DNA of 64,000 bases from Octopus sinensis (taxonomy: Eukaryota). The notes beneath the pieces were generated by a model, which was given only the letters and a program-made list of their open reading frames with translations, made no database searches and was not told the DNA's origin. The stretch covers positions 153,078,001-153,142,000 of the forward strand of contig NC_042998.1 of assembly GCF_006345805.1 (NCBI RefSeq), read 5' to 3'. The stretch's first letter is position 1, and every line of letters starts with the position of its first letter. The translations under genes and the position numbers were made by a program. Of the stretch, positions 51,886 to 64,000 are shown piece after piece.

Positions 51886-52511
51886 TCTGTATATATATAA
51901 AACTGTAGTTGTGTGAGTCTCTGTCCCCTTTGATTTAGATTCCTAACTACTCCCACATTTTGCGGTGCAGTTTAACCAAATTCGGGTAACTTATAGTCGT
52001 GATTCATATCGAGCCCATCTGAGTATTAGCGCGCGTCTACGATGAGTCTACGATTTTAAAAATAATTTAACATCATTTTTTATTCCATTTTAATGCATAA
52101 TTTTTCCTGTGTCGATGGCGGCGGAGTTGGCGTCCACGCTCACACCTGCACCTGTGGGGAAGAGAGTGTAAGGAAATCAACGTCGTAATGCGTTGTCAAG
52201 GAGACCAGCATTCTTTTAGAACAACGACTTCATGGCTTGAAGACACCAAAACAGAAATGGCTAAGAAAGCGTCTACATGAGTCTACGATTTAAAAAAAAA
52301 ATTCCCATCGTTTTTTTTCCATTTTAATGTATTTTTTCGCTATTATATAAGGGAAGTAACTCTCTGAAAATGTCTACGATGAGTCAACGATTTTTCAAAA
52401 AATTTACCATCATATTTTTTCCATTTTTTGCTATTTTTTGGCTATAACTCTCTAAAAGTGCTTATATAGTTATTTCCCTTACAACCCGAGCAACGCCGGG
52501 CGATACTGCTA

Positions 52512-52512
<1 letters not shown>
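51886..52512 (+). mobile_element. Non-autonomous Helitron
   Basis: 5' A|TCTGTATATATATAAAA. 3' GC hairpin cccgagcaacgccggg followed by CTAG|T. No TSD. Internal subrepeats of gtctacgatgagtctacgatttt. Confidence 0.85.
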
Positions 52513-52551
<39 letters not shown>

Positions 52552-52793
52552 ATATATATGTATGTCTGATATGTATATATATGTAATGTATATATATATA
52601 TAATTATATGTATGTCTGTATATCTCTTATTATAAAAGGCAGATTTTATCTGCCTCCCTTGGGAGTTATACAAATCTACAATATAGGATTTCTTCAATTA
52701 CAATTTACCTAGCAGTTTTAAGAGTATAATGCATCGCGTCATGCCTGGTCCAGTTTTTAAAATTTAAACTCCAATTAAGCAAAATTTACAGAA

Positions 52794-52893
52794 NNNNNNN
52801 NNNNNNNNNNNNNNNNNNNNNNNNNNNNNNNNNNNNNNNNNNNNNNNNNNNNNNNNNNNNNNNNNNNNNNNNNNNNNNNNNNNNNNNNNNNNN
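52794..52893. other. Assembly gap (100 N)
   Basis: Run of N. Confidence 1.
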
Positions 52894-53377
52894 GTATATG
52901 TATGTATGTATATATATGTATATATATATATGTATCGCCTGGCCCCCGTGCCGGTGGCACATAAAAACATCATCCGTTCGTGGGCTTTTGCCAGCTCTGT
53001 CTGGCACCTGTGCAGGTGGCACGTAAAAAGCACCCACTACACTCACGGAGTGGTTGGCGTTAGGAAGGGCATCCAGCCGTAGAAACACTACTAAATCTGA
53101 CTGGGCCTGATGAAGTTTTCCGGCTTCACAGACCCCAGTTAAACTGTCCAACCCATGCTAGCATGGTAAACGGACGCTAAATGATGATGATGATGATGAT
53201 GATGTATATATATTTGTATATATATGTCTTCGTACGAAACAATAGTACTGATATATTGATCCATTCTTGTTGCTTTTTTCCTATATATATGTATATATAT
53301 ATATGTATCTATCTATATATATATATGTATATATATATACATATATATATATGTACATATATATATATGTATATTTG

Positions 53378-55820
53378 CCAACTAGGGCAAATAACATTCG
53401 GGATCTCTGCTTCACGAACAATATTGACATCATTCATGATGTGAAAGTGACACCGACTTCAGTTTTGGATCACAACATAATAGAGCTGTCTATGTTTGGG
53501 CCTAAAGTAACCAGAGACATACAGCCTAAAGGAAGCACCTGAAATCTCTCCAATCTGAACTTCCACAAAGCAGATTGGATATCGATCCAAAAATGGATCT
53601 TCAGAGAGGACTGGCCGGAATGTCTCTCCACACCAGACATTGACATGAAACTAGAATGTTTCATGTTTTCTGTGCAAGCCGTTTGCCAGAAATATGTCCC
53701 AGAGCACAAGTCCTAAAGAAATAGGAGCAAGATTCCAAGAGACAGGAAGATCCTCATGAGATGACGGACGAAGGTTGCAAATCATCTCAACCAACATCCC
53801 AAAAGTAGCGAAACGTCCCACCTAAAAACAACACTGATGGAGATCGAAAAAAGACTGCAACAATCCTATGTGAGGGAGAAAGCAGACAAAGATGCCTTGG
53901 TTATAAAAGACATTAAACCAAACCCAAAGCCTTCTTTCATTACGCGAAAGAAACAGTCTCAGTGTACTACAAGATAGGACCCCCTCATCCAAAAGGATGA
54001 CTCCCTCACAGACAGTCCAACCAAGATCAGTGGGATGCTGAATGACCAGTTCAAAAGTGTCTCTACCACCCCGTTGGAACACAGACAAGTGAACGAACAC
54101 GAGGACTTCTTTGCCGCCTCACCTCTAACCAGCGAGGCGGTTACAATAGAATGTATTGACATTAGCGAAAAAGATGGCCTACTAGCCATAGATGAAGTGG
54201 ACACAAACTCAGCTGCTGGTCCAGATGGTTTCCCGGCCATCCTCCTCAAAGCGTGTAAGCATTTCCTGGTAAAACCCCTCAAGATTCTCTTCCAGAGCTT
54301 TCTTGTGAATGGCAAACTGGCAAGCAAGCTGATGGAGGGAATAATATGCCCAATACATAAAGAGAGAAGTAGAGCAGATGCCAAAAACTATAGGCCTATC
54401 TCTCTGACTTCACGCATCAGCAAAGTCATGGAACGGATAGTCAGAAAGAAACTAATCGCATTCCTTGATTAAAAAAACTTGCTGAGTGATACCCAGCATG
54501 GTTTTCGACCAGGTAGGAGCTGCCTGACCCATCTCTTACAACATTATGACTGGGTATTGTGGAAGTTACTCAACAAATCAAATGTGGACGTTATCTATCT
54601 TGATTTTGCAAAAGCTTTTGACGAGTTGGATCATGTTATGATATGCCACTAACTGCATGACCTTGGCATAGCTGGAAAACTTGGAGTGTGGTTACATGAC
54701 TTCCTGAAAGATAGGAGTCAGGCAGTAGTGGTTAATGGAGCCACCTCTATGAACATACAAATAGTTAGCGGTGTTCCACAGGGCACTGTCTTGGGACCAC
54801 TGCTTTTTATAGTGGTCCTCTCAGATATGCCCGGATAGCCACTCTGGCCAGCTATGCAGACGATACAAAAGTCTCACAGAAAATACAGAACCCCAGTGAT
54901 GTTTCACACCTGCAGCATGAGTTGGACTTAATCTACAGATGGGCAGAGGATAATAATATGCAGTTTAATGCTGAAAAATTCCAGGCCCTGCACTACAAGC
55001 ATCCAAAACTGAATATTAAACTTACATGATACGCCGGTCCACAGGGAATTTCAATCCCAGAGCCTAAGTCTGTGAGGGACCTGGGTATCGACATGAGTGA
55101 GGATACCTCTTTCCAAGTGCACATTACCAGGATGGCGACAAAGGGCAGACGACTGGCTGGGTGGATCCTAAGAACATTCAGAACCAGAGATAAGGAAACC
55201 ATGATGGTCCTCTGGCGGACATTCATCCTCAGCTGCCTGGATTACTGCTCACAGCTATGGTTACCCACCAGTGTGAAATTAACAGTGGACCTTGAAGCAA
55301 TCCAGAGAAGTTTCACAAGGAAGATCCTCTCTTTTCAACAGCTCAGCTGCTGGGAAAAGTTGAAACAGCTAAGACTCTACTTCCTGGAGAAAGACAGGAG
55401 AGGTATGCAGTGATATATGTCTGGAAGATCCTGGAAGGAATCGTGCCAAATTTTGGCATTGTAAGCTACACCAATGCTACAACAGGACGACACTGCATAG
55501 TGCCAAAGATCCCATAGTGCTTCAGGACCAGCTTCTGCAACAGCCTGGGTTTCAAGGGCCCACAGCTTTTTAATATTCTCGCAAAGAGTCTGTAGATGTA
55601 GCAGTTTTTAAATCAAAGCTGGACATCTTCCTGTCAAGAGTCACAGATGAACCTACCTTACGGCAAGAGGTGCAAATGAGAGTAGCTATATCAAACTCCA
55701 TTCTTCACTAAGTGCCACATATTAGAGGAGGTTCGTCGTGATAACAGTGTAGCACAAAACAGCGGTGCATCAGCATGGCCGCAGCTCTGAGCTGAAACAG
55801 AAAAGAAAAAAAAAAAAAAA
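53378..55820 (+). mobile_element. 5'-truncated CR1-group LINE (paralog of 5717-8752)
   Basis: NYRPISLTS, QHGFRPGRSC, YLDFAKAFD, SGVPQGTVLGPLLF and YADD with stops. Tail gcggtgcatcagcatggccgcagctctgagctgaaac followed by poly(A). Confidence 0.92.
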
Positions 55821-55861
<41 letters not shown>

Positions 55862-55894
55862 TAATCAAAATAAAAACATGATGCCAAGGATTCA

Positions 55895-55972
55895 GCGGTA
55901 CATATGTTTCGGGCCTTTATTAGACGGATTTATAACAATGCATAATGTGCGTCTGTGGCCTTCTTCAGCCGC
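55895..55972 (-). ncRNA. Type I hammerhead ribozyme motif with long stem II
   Basis: Minus strand reads gcgg-CTGAAGA-a ggcc ac agacg...cgtct...ggcc c-GAAA-catatg-TA-ccgc. Stem I is perfect, and stem III is the palindrome CATATG. Confidence 0.85.
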
Positions 55973-57198
55973 GCACAACTACTTCTTCAAGGACATGTAT
56001 TACATCAAAAATTCTTGGTTGGGGATGCAAATCCTCTCATTCGCGTACGACGTAATGCGGCAACAGCATAAAAATGAAGCGTCCATCTCGTTCTTCTCTC
56101 AATGTAGAATGAGGAAGTTTGGATGTTGAAGTAATATAAATAAATTAATAAATAAATATATACATATATAAATATATAAATACAGACAGACGTGAAGGAA
56201 CCTGGTAATAAGAGCAAATAGAGATAAAGATCAAGATGGAGGGGCGAGAATTCAGGACGAAGGATAAAAAATATATAAAAAGTGTAAGTATAGAAAAATA
56301 TAAAAATGTAGAGTGTAAAGATATAAAGAGATATAAAAAATATAAAAAAATATAAATGAATATAAAGGTATAAAGTTATAAAAATAGAAATAAAAAGTGT
56401 AAAAGAATATAGGGATAAGGGATATATAGTATTTACGGAGATGTACTCGCATAGCAAGTAATTTGATCTGAGATCGTGTGCTGAAATGATATATAGTAGT
56501 TACGGACCAAACATGGTGGTCAGGAAAATGACAAATTCTGGTTGTAGAAGTCTTGGGTGTCATAAATCAATCGGGGCGTCTGGGGACCTAGTGTATTGTA
56601 AATTAGAGTTGTTGAGCAGCTTATCTAGTTCTTCCTAACGTATTAAATGGTCATCGTGTACATACGCACCCGCATGGATACATACACCCATATATACGCG
56701 CACATATACGCACGACACATACACACACGCGCACATACGCATATATATATACACACAACAGAATATGTATATATATACACGGACAATATACATGTACACA
56801 TACATATACACACACACATACGCATATACATATACGCGCACACATATGCATATGCACATATATACATATGCATATATACACATATGCATACACCCAAATA
56901 TACACACGCCCATACCCGCACACGCACATATATATATGTGTGCACACATGCACACCCACGTGTGCATACATACACGCATCCATACATACACACGGACCCA
57001 TGCACACGTATCCACACGCACACACACATCTGTGTGTCCATACGTGCGTGTACGCATACACAGACACCCACACATATAGGTATAGATATAAGATAATAAG
57101 AGATGTATAAAAAATGTATATAAGAAATCTACAAACGCATGTAAAGAAACGGACCCACGCACACGTGTCTACGTGTATATATATATATATAACATATG

Positions 57199-57237
<39 letters not shown>

Positions 57238-57296
57238 CATATATATCTATATGAATATATATATATTATCTATATGTATATGTCTATATATATATA

Positions 57297-57338
<42 letters not shown>

Positions 57339-57340
57339 TA

Positions 57341-57458
57341 TATAGAAGGAGCTTCTACAGGACTAGAACTGTTTCATTCAAGAGAAATCTTCAGGAAGCG
57401 CTTCCTGAAGATTTCTCTTGAATGAAACAGTTCTAGTCCTGTAAAGCTCCTTCTATAT
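57341..57458. ncRNA. Palindromic double hammerhead (family A, one copy per strand)
   Basis: Near-perfect inverted duplication centred on gaagc|gcttc (57399/57400). Each arm carries the same HHR as 1472-1522. The + arm lacks one G in stem I. Confidence 0.8.
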
Positions 57459-58231
57459 ATAAATTAATTTTACTCTGCTATGTATTGAGTACCTTATTTA
57501 CTGTGGTTAACCCCGAATCAACCCGGGACCTACATATATATATATAATATATATATATATAAATGTATAATATATGAATAAATTAAAAGAATGAAGTACT
57601 CAGAAATTCAGATGGTTTTTAACTTACAGATATTTATTTGTATATTACATGTTTTTATACATCATATAACTTAGATCATGTATTATCGCTTTGTCCCATT
57701 CTAGTGGAGTTTTCAAATCGAACTAAGTTCCTGTGTGAAAAGTTTTGACCATTTTATAGTGTTGTTGAGTTTGTAGTGGTAGGGAGGAATATAAGACAGT
57801 ACAAGAGGGTGATGGATGAGGAGAAAGTGAGAGAGAGAGAGAAAGAGCATGTGTGGTGTGTGTGTTTTTGTATTTGGAAGGACTGCTAACGAAAAAGAGG
57901 GGAAGGGAGAGGGAAGATGAAGAAAAAAATTTTTTGCTCTGCTGGACAGGATGCTTACTTGAAGGGGGGTTTAAGATCTAGGGGAAAAAGAATTTCAGTT
58001 TTGACCATTTCATAGTGTTGGTAGACCATAAATTATATTTCCTTTTTATCATTGTGAGAGAGAGTGTGTGTTGAATGAGGGATAGTCAAATGGATTTTGG
58101 GTTTAGAGAAGAATTCTTTTTATTATTGGTTTCTGGAGGTGTGTGTTGGTTTTTGTGAGTTTGGAGAAAGGAAGAAAGGAGAAGAAGAAAAAAAAGGTAG
58201 AAGAAATATTCTGTTGATAATTTATACTACC

Positions 58232-58276
<45 letters not shown>

Positions 58277-58301
58277 TATATAATACTCTTTACTTTTTTA
58301 C

Positions 58302-58507
58302 TCTTTTACTTGTTTCAGTCATTTGACTGCGGCCATGCTGGAGCACCCCTTTAGTCGATCAAATCGACCCCGGAACTTATTCTTTGTAAGCCAGTACTTA
58401 TCTATCGGTCTCTTTTGCCGAACCGCTAAGTGGCGGGACGTAGACACCAGCATCGGTTGTCAAGCAATGCTAGGGGGACAAACACAGACACACAAACACA
58501 CACACAC

Positions 58508-58542
<35 letters not shown>

Positions 58543-58642
58543 CATATATATGACAGGCTTCTTTCAGTTTCCGTCTACCAAATCCACTCACAAGGCATTG
58601 GTCGGCCTGGGGCTATAGCAGAAGACACTTGCCCAAGATGCC
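58302..58642 (-). mobile_element. SINE (family of 33472-33843), 5'-truncated
   Basis: Shared core gaagacacttgcccaag and tail tttcagtcatttgactgcggccatgctggagcacc. Confidence 0.8.
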
Positions 58643-58729
58643 GTATAAATAAATATACTAAATGCTCCACTATGTTAAATTGTAAATTGAAAGATTTGTC
58701 CTTCAATGTATGATGAGTCAAATTTCATA

Positions 58730-59272
58730 AAGTCCATGCTTGAAAAAGAGACTCTCTTGTGTTGAAGTTACAAATGACAGAATACAAACTGACTACTACT
58801 GAGTCTGTTGTCTGATCTTCAATTGATTTAGTCTAATATCTCACTGATTGACAGTTAAATAAATATTAAGTTTTATCATACAGGAGCAACTGGTTCCACA
58901 AATTAAAGTGAAATTGTTTCATTCAAATATTAGAATATCCTTTGTTCAGTGTTGTATTTTCAAAAACCAAAACTCTGTGTGTGTGTGTGTGTGTTTAATA
59001 CAGTCCATACTTGAAAAAGACTTCCTTGTGTTACAAATGATAGAATACAAACTGACAACTACTGAGTCTGTTGTCTGATCTTCAATTGATTTAGTCTACT
59101 ATCTCACTGATTGACAGTTAAATAAATATGAAGTTTTATCATACAGGAGCAACTGGTTCCACAAATTAAAGTGAAATTGTTTCATTCAAATATTAGAATA
59201 TCCTTTTTTCAATGTTGTATTTTCAAAAACCAAAACATATGTGTAGAACTCTGTGTGTGTGTGTTTAATACA
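58730..59272. repeat. ~270-bp tandem duplication, each unit ending in (TG)n
   Basis: agtccat.cttgaaaaaga...actctgtgtgtg...tttaatacagt is repeated at 58730-59002 and 59002-59274. Confidence 0.85.
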
Positions 59273-59280
59273 GTTTACTT

Positions 59281-59806
59281 AGCATGAGGCACCCATTTAG
59301 GAACCTTTCCAAGTTGTTGAAGATGACAATGAACAGTTGTATGGTTTGAACTAAGCTTTATTGACAATTCTTCAACTGATAATGCAGGATTTTCTTAAAG
59401 TAATGCCTCAAGGAATTTATCATCAAACTCAACTGGACATCCTATTTGATCTTCATCTTCAAGGCTGAAATCTCTACTTCTGAATTTTGCAAACCATCTT
59501 CTGCAAGTTCTTTCATTCAAGCATTCTTTCCCATAAACTGAGTGTATGTTTTGAGTTGCTTTGACTGCAGAGTTTCTTTTTTTTTGTACTCATAAAGCAT
59601 TATGTGCCTCAAATGCTCTTTTGATACTTTCATGTTAGGAAGGGTTTTAATCAAAGAAATTTTAATTCTATTATTCTGTAAAATAATATTTAATTAGTTT
59701 AAATCTACACAAATGCATAAAATCTATTAGACATTCTAAAATACTATTAAATTTCATTCAGTTTTAAAAAAAGGTAAAATTGGACATAACTTATGGGATG
59801 ACCTGA
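59281..59806 (-). mobile_element. Mariner 5' half (TIR plus transposase N-terminus)
   Basis: MKVSKEHLRHIMLYEY...NERTCRRWFAKFRSRDFSLEDE...GKVPKWVPH. TIR-like ATCAGGTCATCCCATAAGTT at ~59787-59806. Confidence 0.85.
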
Positions 59807-59834
59807 TGTATATATATATAAAATACAAATGTCA

Positions 59835-60652
59835 TTATCATCATCATCGTTTAAAGCCTGCTTTCCATGCTGGTATGGGTTGGATGGTTTGACTGAGGAC
59901 TGGTGAACCAGAAGGCTGCACCTGGCTCCAATCTGATCTGGCAAAGTTTCTACAGCTGGATGCCCTTCCTAACGCCAACCACTCCAAGAGTGTAGTGGGT
60001 GCTTTTACGTGCCAACAGTATGGGAGCCAATCTGTGGCTCTGGCAACGATCACACTTGAGTGTCAATCAGGCGGTACTGTCATTAGCCACGTCAGCGATT
60101 TTGATTTTGACTTCGCTTGCCTCAATAGGTCTTCGCAAGCAAAGTTTATTGTCCAATGAATGAGGGGTACTCATAAGTGGGCTGGTTACACCCCACGCTT
60201 GGATGTGCTTTTAACGCCCCATTGGCACAAGTGCCAATCAAGCGGTACTGCCATCAGCCACGTCAGTAATTTTGATTTCGATTTCACTTGCCTCAGTAAG
60301 TCTTCGCAAGCAAAGTTTATTGTCCAGTGAATGTGGGGCACTCGTATGTGGGCTGGTTACACCCACTGGCATAGGCCATGGGCTATGGTCTCACTTGACT
60401 TGTCAGGTCTTCTCAAGCACAGCACATCTCCAAAGGTCTTGGTCATTAGTCATTGCCTCAGTAAGGCCCAATGTCCAAAGGTCATGCTTCACCACCCCAT
60501 CCCAGGTCTTCCTGGATCTACCACTTCCACAGGTTCCCTCGACTGCTAGGGTATGACACTTTTTCACACAGCTGTCCTAATTCATTTGCAACACAGGATC
60601 ATACCAGTGCAGTCGTCTCTCTTGTACACCACATCTGATGCTTCTTAAATCC
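59835..60652 (-). mobile_element. 5'-truncated RTE LINE 3' end
   Basis: LDLRSIRCGVQERRLHWY...GTCGSGRSRKTWDGVV, then 3' UTR and (GAT)n tail. Confidence 0.88.
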
Positions 60653-61389
60653 AATGTGTGTGTGTTTGTGCTTGTCCAAAACCTGAATGGGTGCCATTGC
60701 AAAAAGATTTTCTCTTTTGAACAAGAGACAAGAAATTTTAGCTCACCTCTCCCATCTTTCTCTCTCCCACTATACACACACACACATACACTCACATGTG
60801 TGTATTTATACAATTCTTCACAAAATAAAAATACATATACATACAGTCATACACATAAATACAAAGATCTCAACCAAACCACTATCAAAAATAATTGAAC
60901 TTTTAACCTTTAACCATTATAGACAAAATACTGAGTACTGAATTCTTTTACACATACATCCATTTAGCCTGTTGCTTTCATATATATATATCCTCGCACC
61001 ATTCCCCTTCTTCTCTCTTGCTCCTCCTCCCCCATTCCCGTCGTCCATCTGCGACGATACTTCCGTCGTAACTGCTATCCTGTCTTTTCTCGCCCGCCTT
61101 CTAAGGCTACTGGTCGACATTTTTTCTCTCTCGTCGTCCACTATAATCCAGCGTTTGCAATACTTTTTTCGTCTGGCGTTAACAGCCCTTCTTATCTTGT
61201 TCTCCTTGTCCTGTCTCTCACTGTTATATATTTATTTTTCCACTGTTTATATATATTTTTTACTGTTTATATGTTTGTACTGTCGTTACCGTCTTGCTTT
61301 TTTTACCCCTCTGCGAAAAGATCTCAGAATTTTAATTGATTTGCTTTTCGCAGGAAGGAAGTTTTCTTCGAAGTATACGTCTCGCTTTT

Positions 61390-61439
61390 ATCCTTCGAAA
61401 CGTTTAGTAGATGAAACCTTAGCGACTGAAGAAGGGGAT
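61390..61439 (+). ncRNA. Candidate permuted (type II) hammerhead motif
   Basis: atccttc-GAAA-cg-TT-tagtag atgaaacc ttagcga-CTGAAGA-aggggat. The open stem II pairs atcctt/ggggat, and the stem I hairpin is imperfect. Confidence 0.45.
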
Positions 61440-61631
61440 TTTTCGTTGTGCTTATTGTCCTGTATCTCCTTTTTTTTGCTTGTCTTGTTCCTTGGTTTGT
61501 GTCTATGTTTTTCGTCTCTCTATGTGTTCGACGTCTTTTTGGTGTCCTGTACACATATATGCGTGTATATGTACATGTAGAGGTAGGTACGTACATATAT
61601 GTTTATATATATGCATATGTTCTATTTTATT

Positions 61632-61676
<45 letters not shown>

Positions 61677-61787
61677 TATATATGTCCAACCCATGCTAGC
61701 ATGGAAAGCGGACGTTAAACGATGATGATGAATACACTTTATTGAAATAAAAAGTTTCCCCCAAATCCAACACACACACACACACAG

Positions 61788-62100
61788 AGGTGCAGGAGTG
61801 GATGTGTGTTAAGAAGCTTGCTTGCTGACCAAAGCCTTGTGAGTAGATTCTGCAGAATGAAACTGAAAGAAGCTCATTGTGTATATATATGTATATATTT
61901 GTGTGTGTCTGTTTGTCCCCTCACCATTGCTTGACAACCAATGCTGGTTGGTGTGTTTATATTCCCATAAATTAGCAGTTTGGCAAAAGAGACTGATAGA
62001 ATAAGTACTAGGCTTGCAAAGAATAAGTCCTGGGTTTGTTTGACTAAAGGCGGTGCTCCAGCATGGCTGCAGTCAAATGACTGAAACAAGTAAAAAAAAA
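61788..62100 (+). mobile_element. SINE with CR1-like tail, internally deleted
   Basis: Head ggtgcaggagtggatgtgtgttaagaagc. Tail ggcggtgctccagcatggctgcagtcaaatgactgaaacaag followed by poly(A). Confidence 0.78.
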
Positions 62101-63340
62101 AAAAATATATAAAATACACTATTGAACTAAAAAAAATTTCCCCAAAATTAAACATGTTTATAGAAAGTGGACACACACAAAACATCCCACACACATATAA
62201 ATACAATTCACCCTCTCACAGACACAAATATTCTACCCAAACATCCCCATAAACACTACCAAACATTCACATACAAACATACTTATTGACCCTTACACTA
62301 AAAATACAATAAATTTCTTCAAATTCAGTGGCTGACCCAAGCAAGTGATATCATTGTGTTGCTAAAGTGTAGAAAGTATGTTTCTCCTTTTTTTTTTTTT
62401 TTTTTGAAAGAACATGTAGATTTTTTTTAAAGATTTCAAGGAGACCACCTTTATGAAATTTTATAAAAATTTTATAAAAAGATTTGTTAATAATAAAATC
62501 TTTGTCCCATAACTTAATTATTTCTTTACCTGACATTAAACATCAGTACTTTATAGATATTTTCGTGACAAGTAAATATAATTTTTAGTCTAACACTTTG
62601 AATTATTAATTTATTCTAATAAATTACCTTACCTATTGATGTAAATAAGCTAAATATACCTCACCATAGTTTTGGCATATAAACCATTTTACCCCTTGTC
62701 TATAATATTCTACAAATGATTATATTTTTATTTCTTTATTTTATTTTAAAACTAGTCTCTTATTTATTTATTTGCTATATTACTCTATTTCATATATCTC
62801 TATAAATTTCATACTCAGCTGATATAAAACTATACTGGTATATTCACTATTTATAATAGAAGAAATATGCTTAGACTAAAATTGTTAATATTTAATATAT
62901 AAATTTTAACATATTCCTTTAACTTAACTTTCCTTTATTAATACCAATAATTACCATTTAATAAATAATTATAAATATATGTTAAGTAGGTATTTAAATA
63001 GATAAATATGGAATTATTTCTATATTGTCTGTCCCTCTATTGTGTAAAATTTTTGATGTATACTGAAAGTATTCATAAATATTCTTCTTAGTATTCTTTA
63101 GATTAACTCTAAAATGTATCTGTGTATATACAAATAACATTGTTTTATAGTCCATAAATGTACTGCTACTATAGAAAACCATTCTCCCTGTCCCATAAGC
63201 ATTGGTGTACAAAATTAGCAGCTATAATCTTGTCTGAAGTATATTCTTAATGAACCAAATGGCTTTGCTTTAAAGAAATCTTGATTTATGACTCTGCCAC
63301 TTAAATTGTCTATCTATTTTGCCCTATCCATAAAAGATAT

Positions 63341-63845
63341 TGGATCTTTTACTTTTGATGGACGGAATTTTCTAGTTAACTAAAAAATTTGAAACTTCGT
63401 ATACTGGTAGAATGTGTCAAAAGAAAACATTATTGTAAACAAAATTGAAAACAAAATTGTAATTTGTAAGTTTAACGTAGTTTAATGATTCGAATTTTAA
63501 CCAATGAAATCCGAGCATTTGAGCTCAAACCATTTGCTGCGTCTAAAAACTCACACACACACGTTTTATTCATCCTTGTCTCTTCTGTCTTCTGTCTTCT
63601 GCATGTGCTAGAAATAACAGCTATATCTCTTAAATCGATGAATTTCGTCCCCCAATAAAAATATTAACAATATTTTTTGAATATTTTCTTTATTTTTTTT
63701 TACCGAAAAGGCTTCTCCCATGGTTTTGAAGGGCCAGAAACAACAAAAACAAAACAATAATATGCCTAAAGCGGTCTAGAGTTTGCGCGTGGAGTGTGAG
63801 TCGTATTGTAAAAATTTGCGAAATATTTTTTCAGAAAAGGATGCC
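63341..63845 (+). mobile_element. Relative of the 8862-9761 MITE family
   Basis: ggatctttt...ttctagttaactaaaaaatttgaaacttcgtatactggtagaatgtgt matches the MITE left arm. Confidence 0.55.
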
Positions 63846-64000
63846 CCAGCTTGTCGGAAGCTGTGATATAAATTGGGAAAAAAATCATCGACACCAGTGC
63901 GTAATTGGTACTTAATTTATCGACCCTGAAACGATGAAACATTGACCCCCCCCCCTTCTGGTTTATTTATCTTTTGTGTAAATTTGTTGCGGCAAGGGGC

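Noticed and set aside
60972-61580. 202-aa hydrophobic ORF
   Set aside because: Compositional artefact of pyrimidine-rich repeat sequence, with a non-ATG start and no recognisable domain.
62990-63330. Possible upstream MAP3K4 exon
   Set aside because: Stops in all frames and only a faint resemblance to a decayed LINE RT. No MAP3K4 similarity.

Overview
Repeat-rich, AT-rich animal genomic DNA with two 100-N assembly gaps. The SINE/LINE repertoire and dense (TA)n/(TACA)n microsatellites suggest an octopus (inferred, not verified). Two host genes are recognisable. One is a complete two-exon OPA3 gene on + (10876-11014 joined to 19278-19648, 169 aa). The other is a single 1504-nt exon of MAP3K4/MEKK4 on - (42502-44005). 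I could not find its neighbouring exons, so OPA3 may be nested in a very large MAP3K4 intron. The rest is mobile DNA: RTE LINEs with a PHD-like finger inside the RT region, CR1-group and R4/Dong-like LINEs, tRNA-derived SINEs, mariner and Tigger remnants, a hAT element with TIRs and an 8-bp TSD, Helitron-like elements, MITEs and Penelope-like elements (PLEs). The most notable signal is about ten hammerhead ribozyme (HHR) motifs from at least six unrelated repeat families. Most have the minimal type I PLE/retrozyme architecture with a palindromic stem III. Several sit in head-to-head fold-back duplications inserted into (TA)n tracts, and one has a U3-A8 compensated core. All structures were read by eye. 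Most YIYI/HTHT ORFs in the track are microsatellite artefacts.
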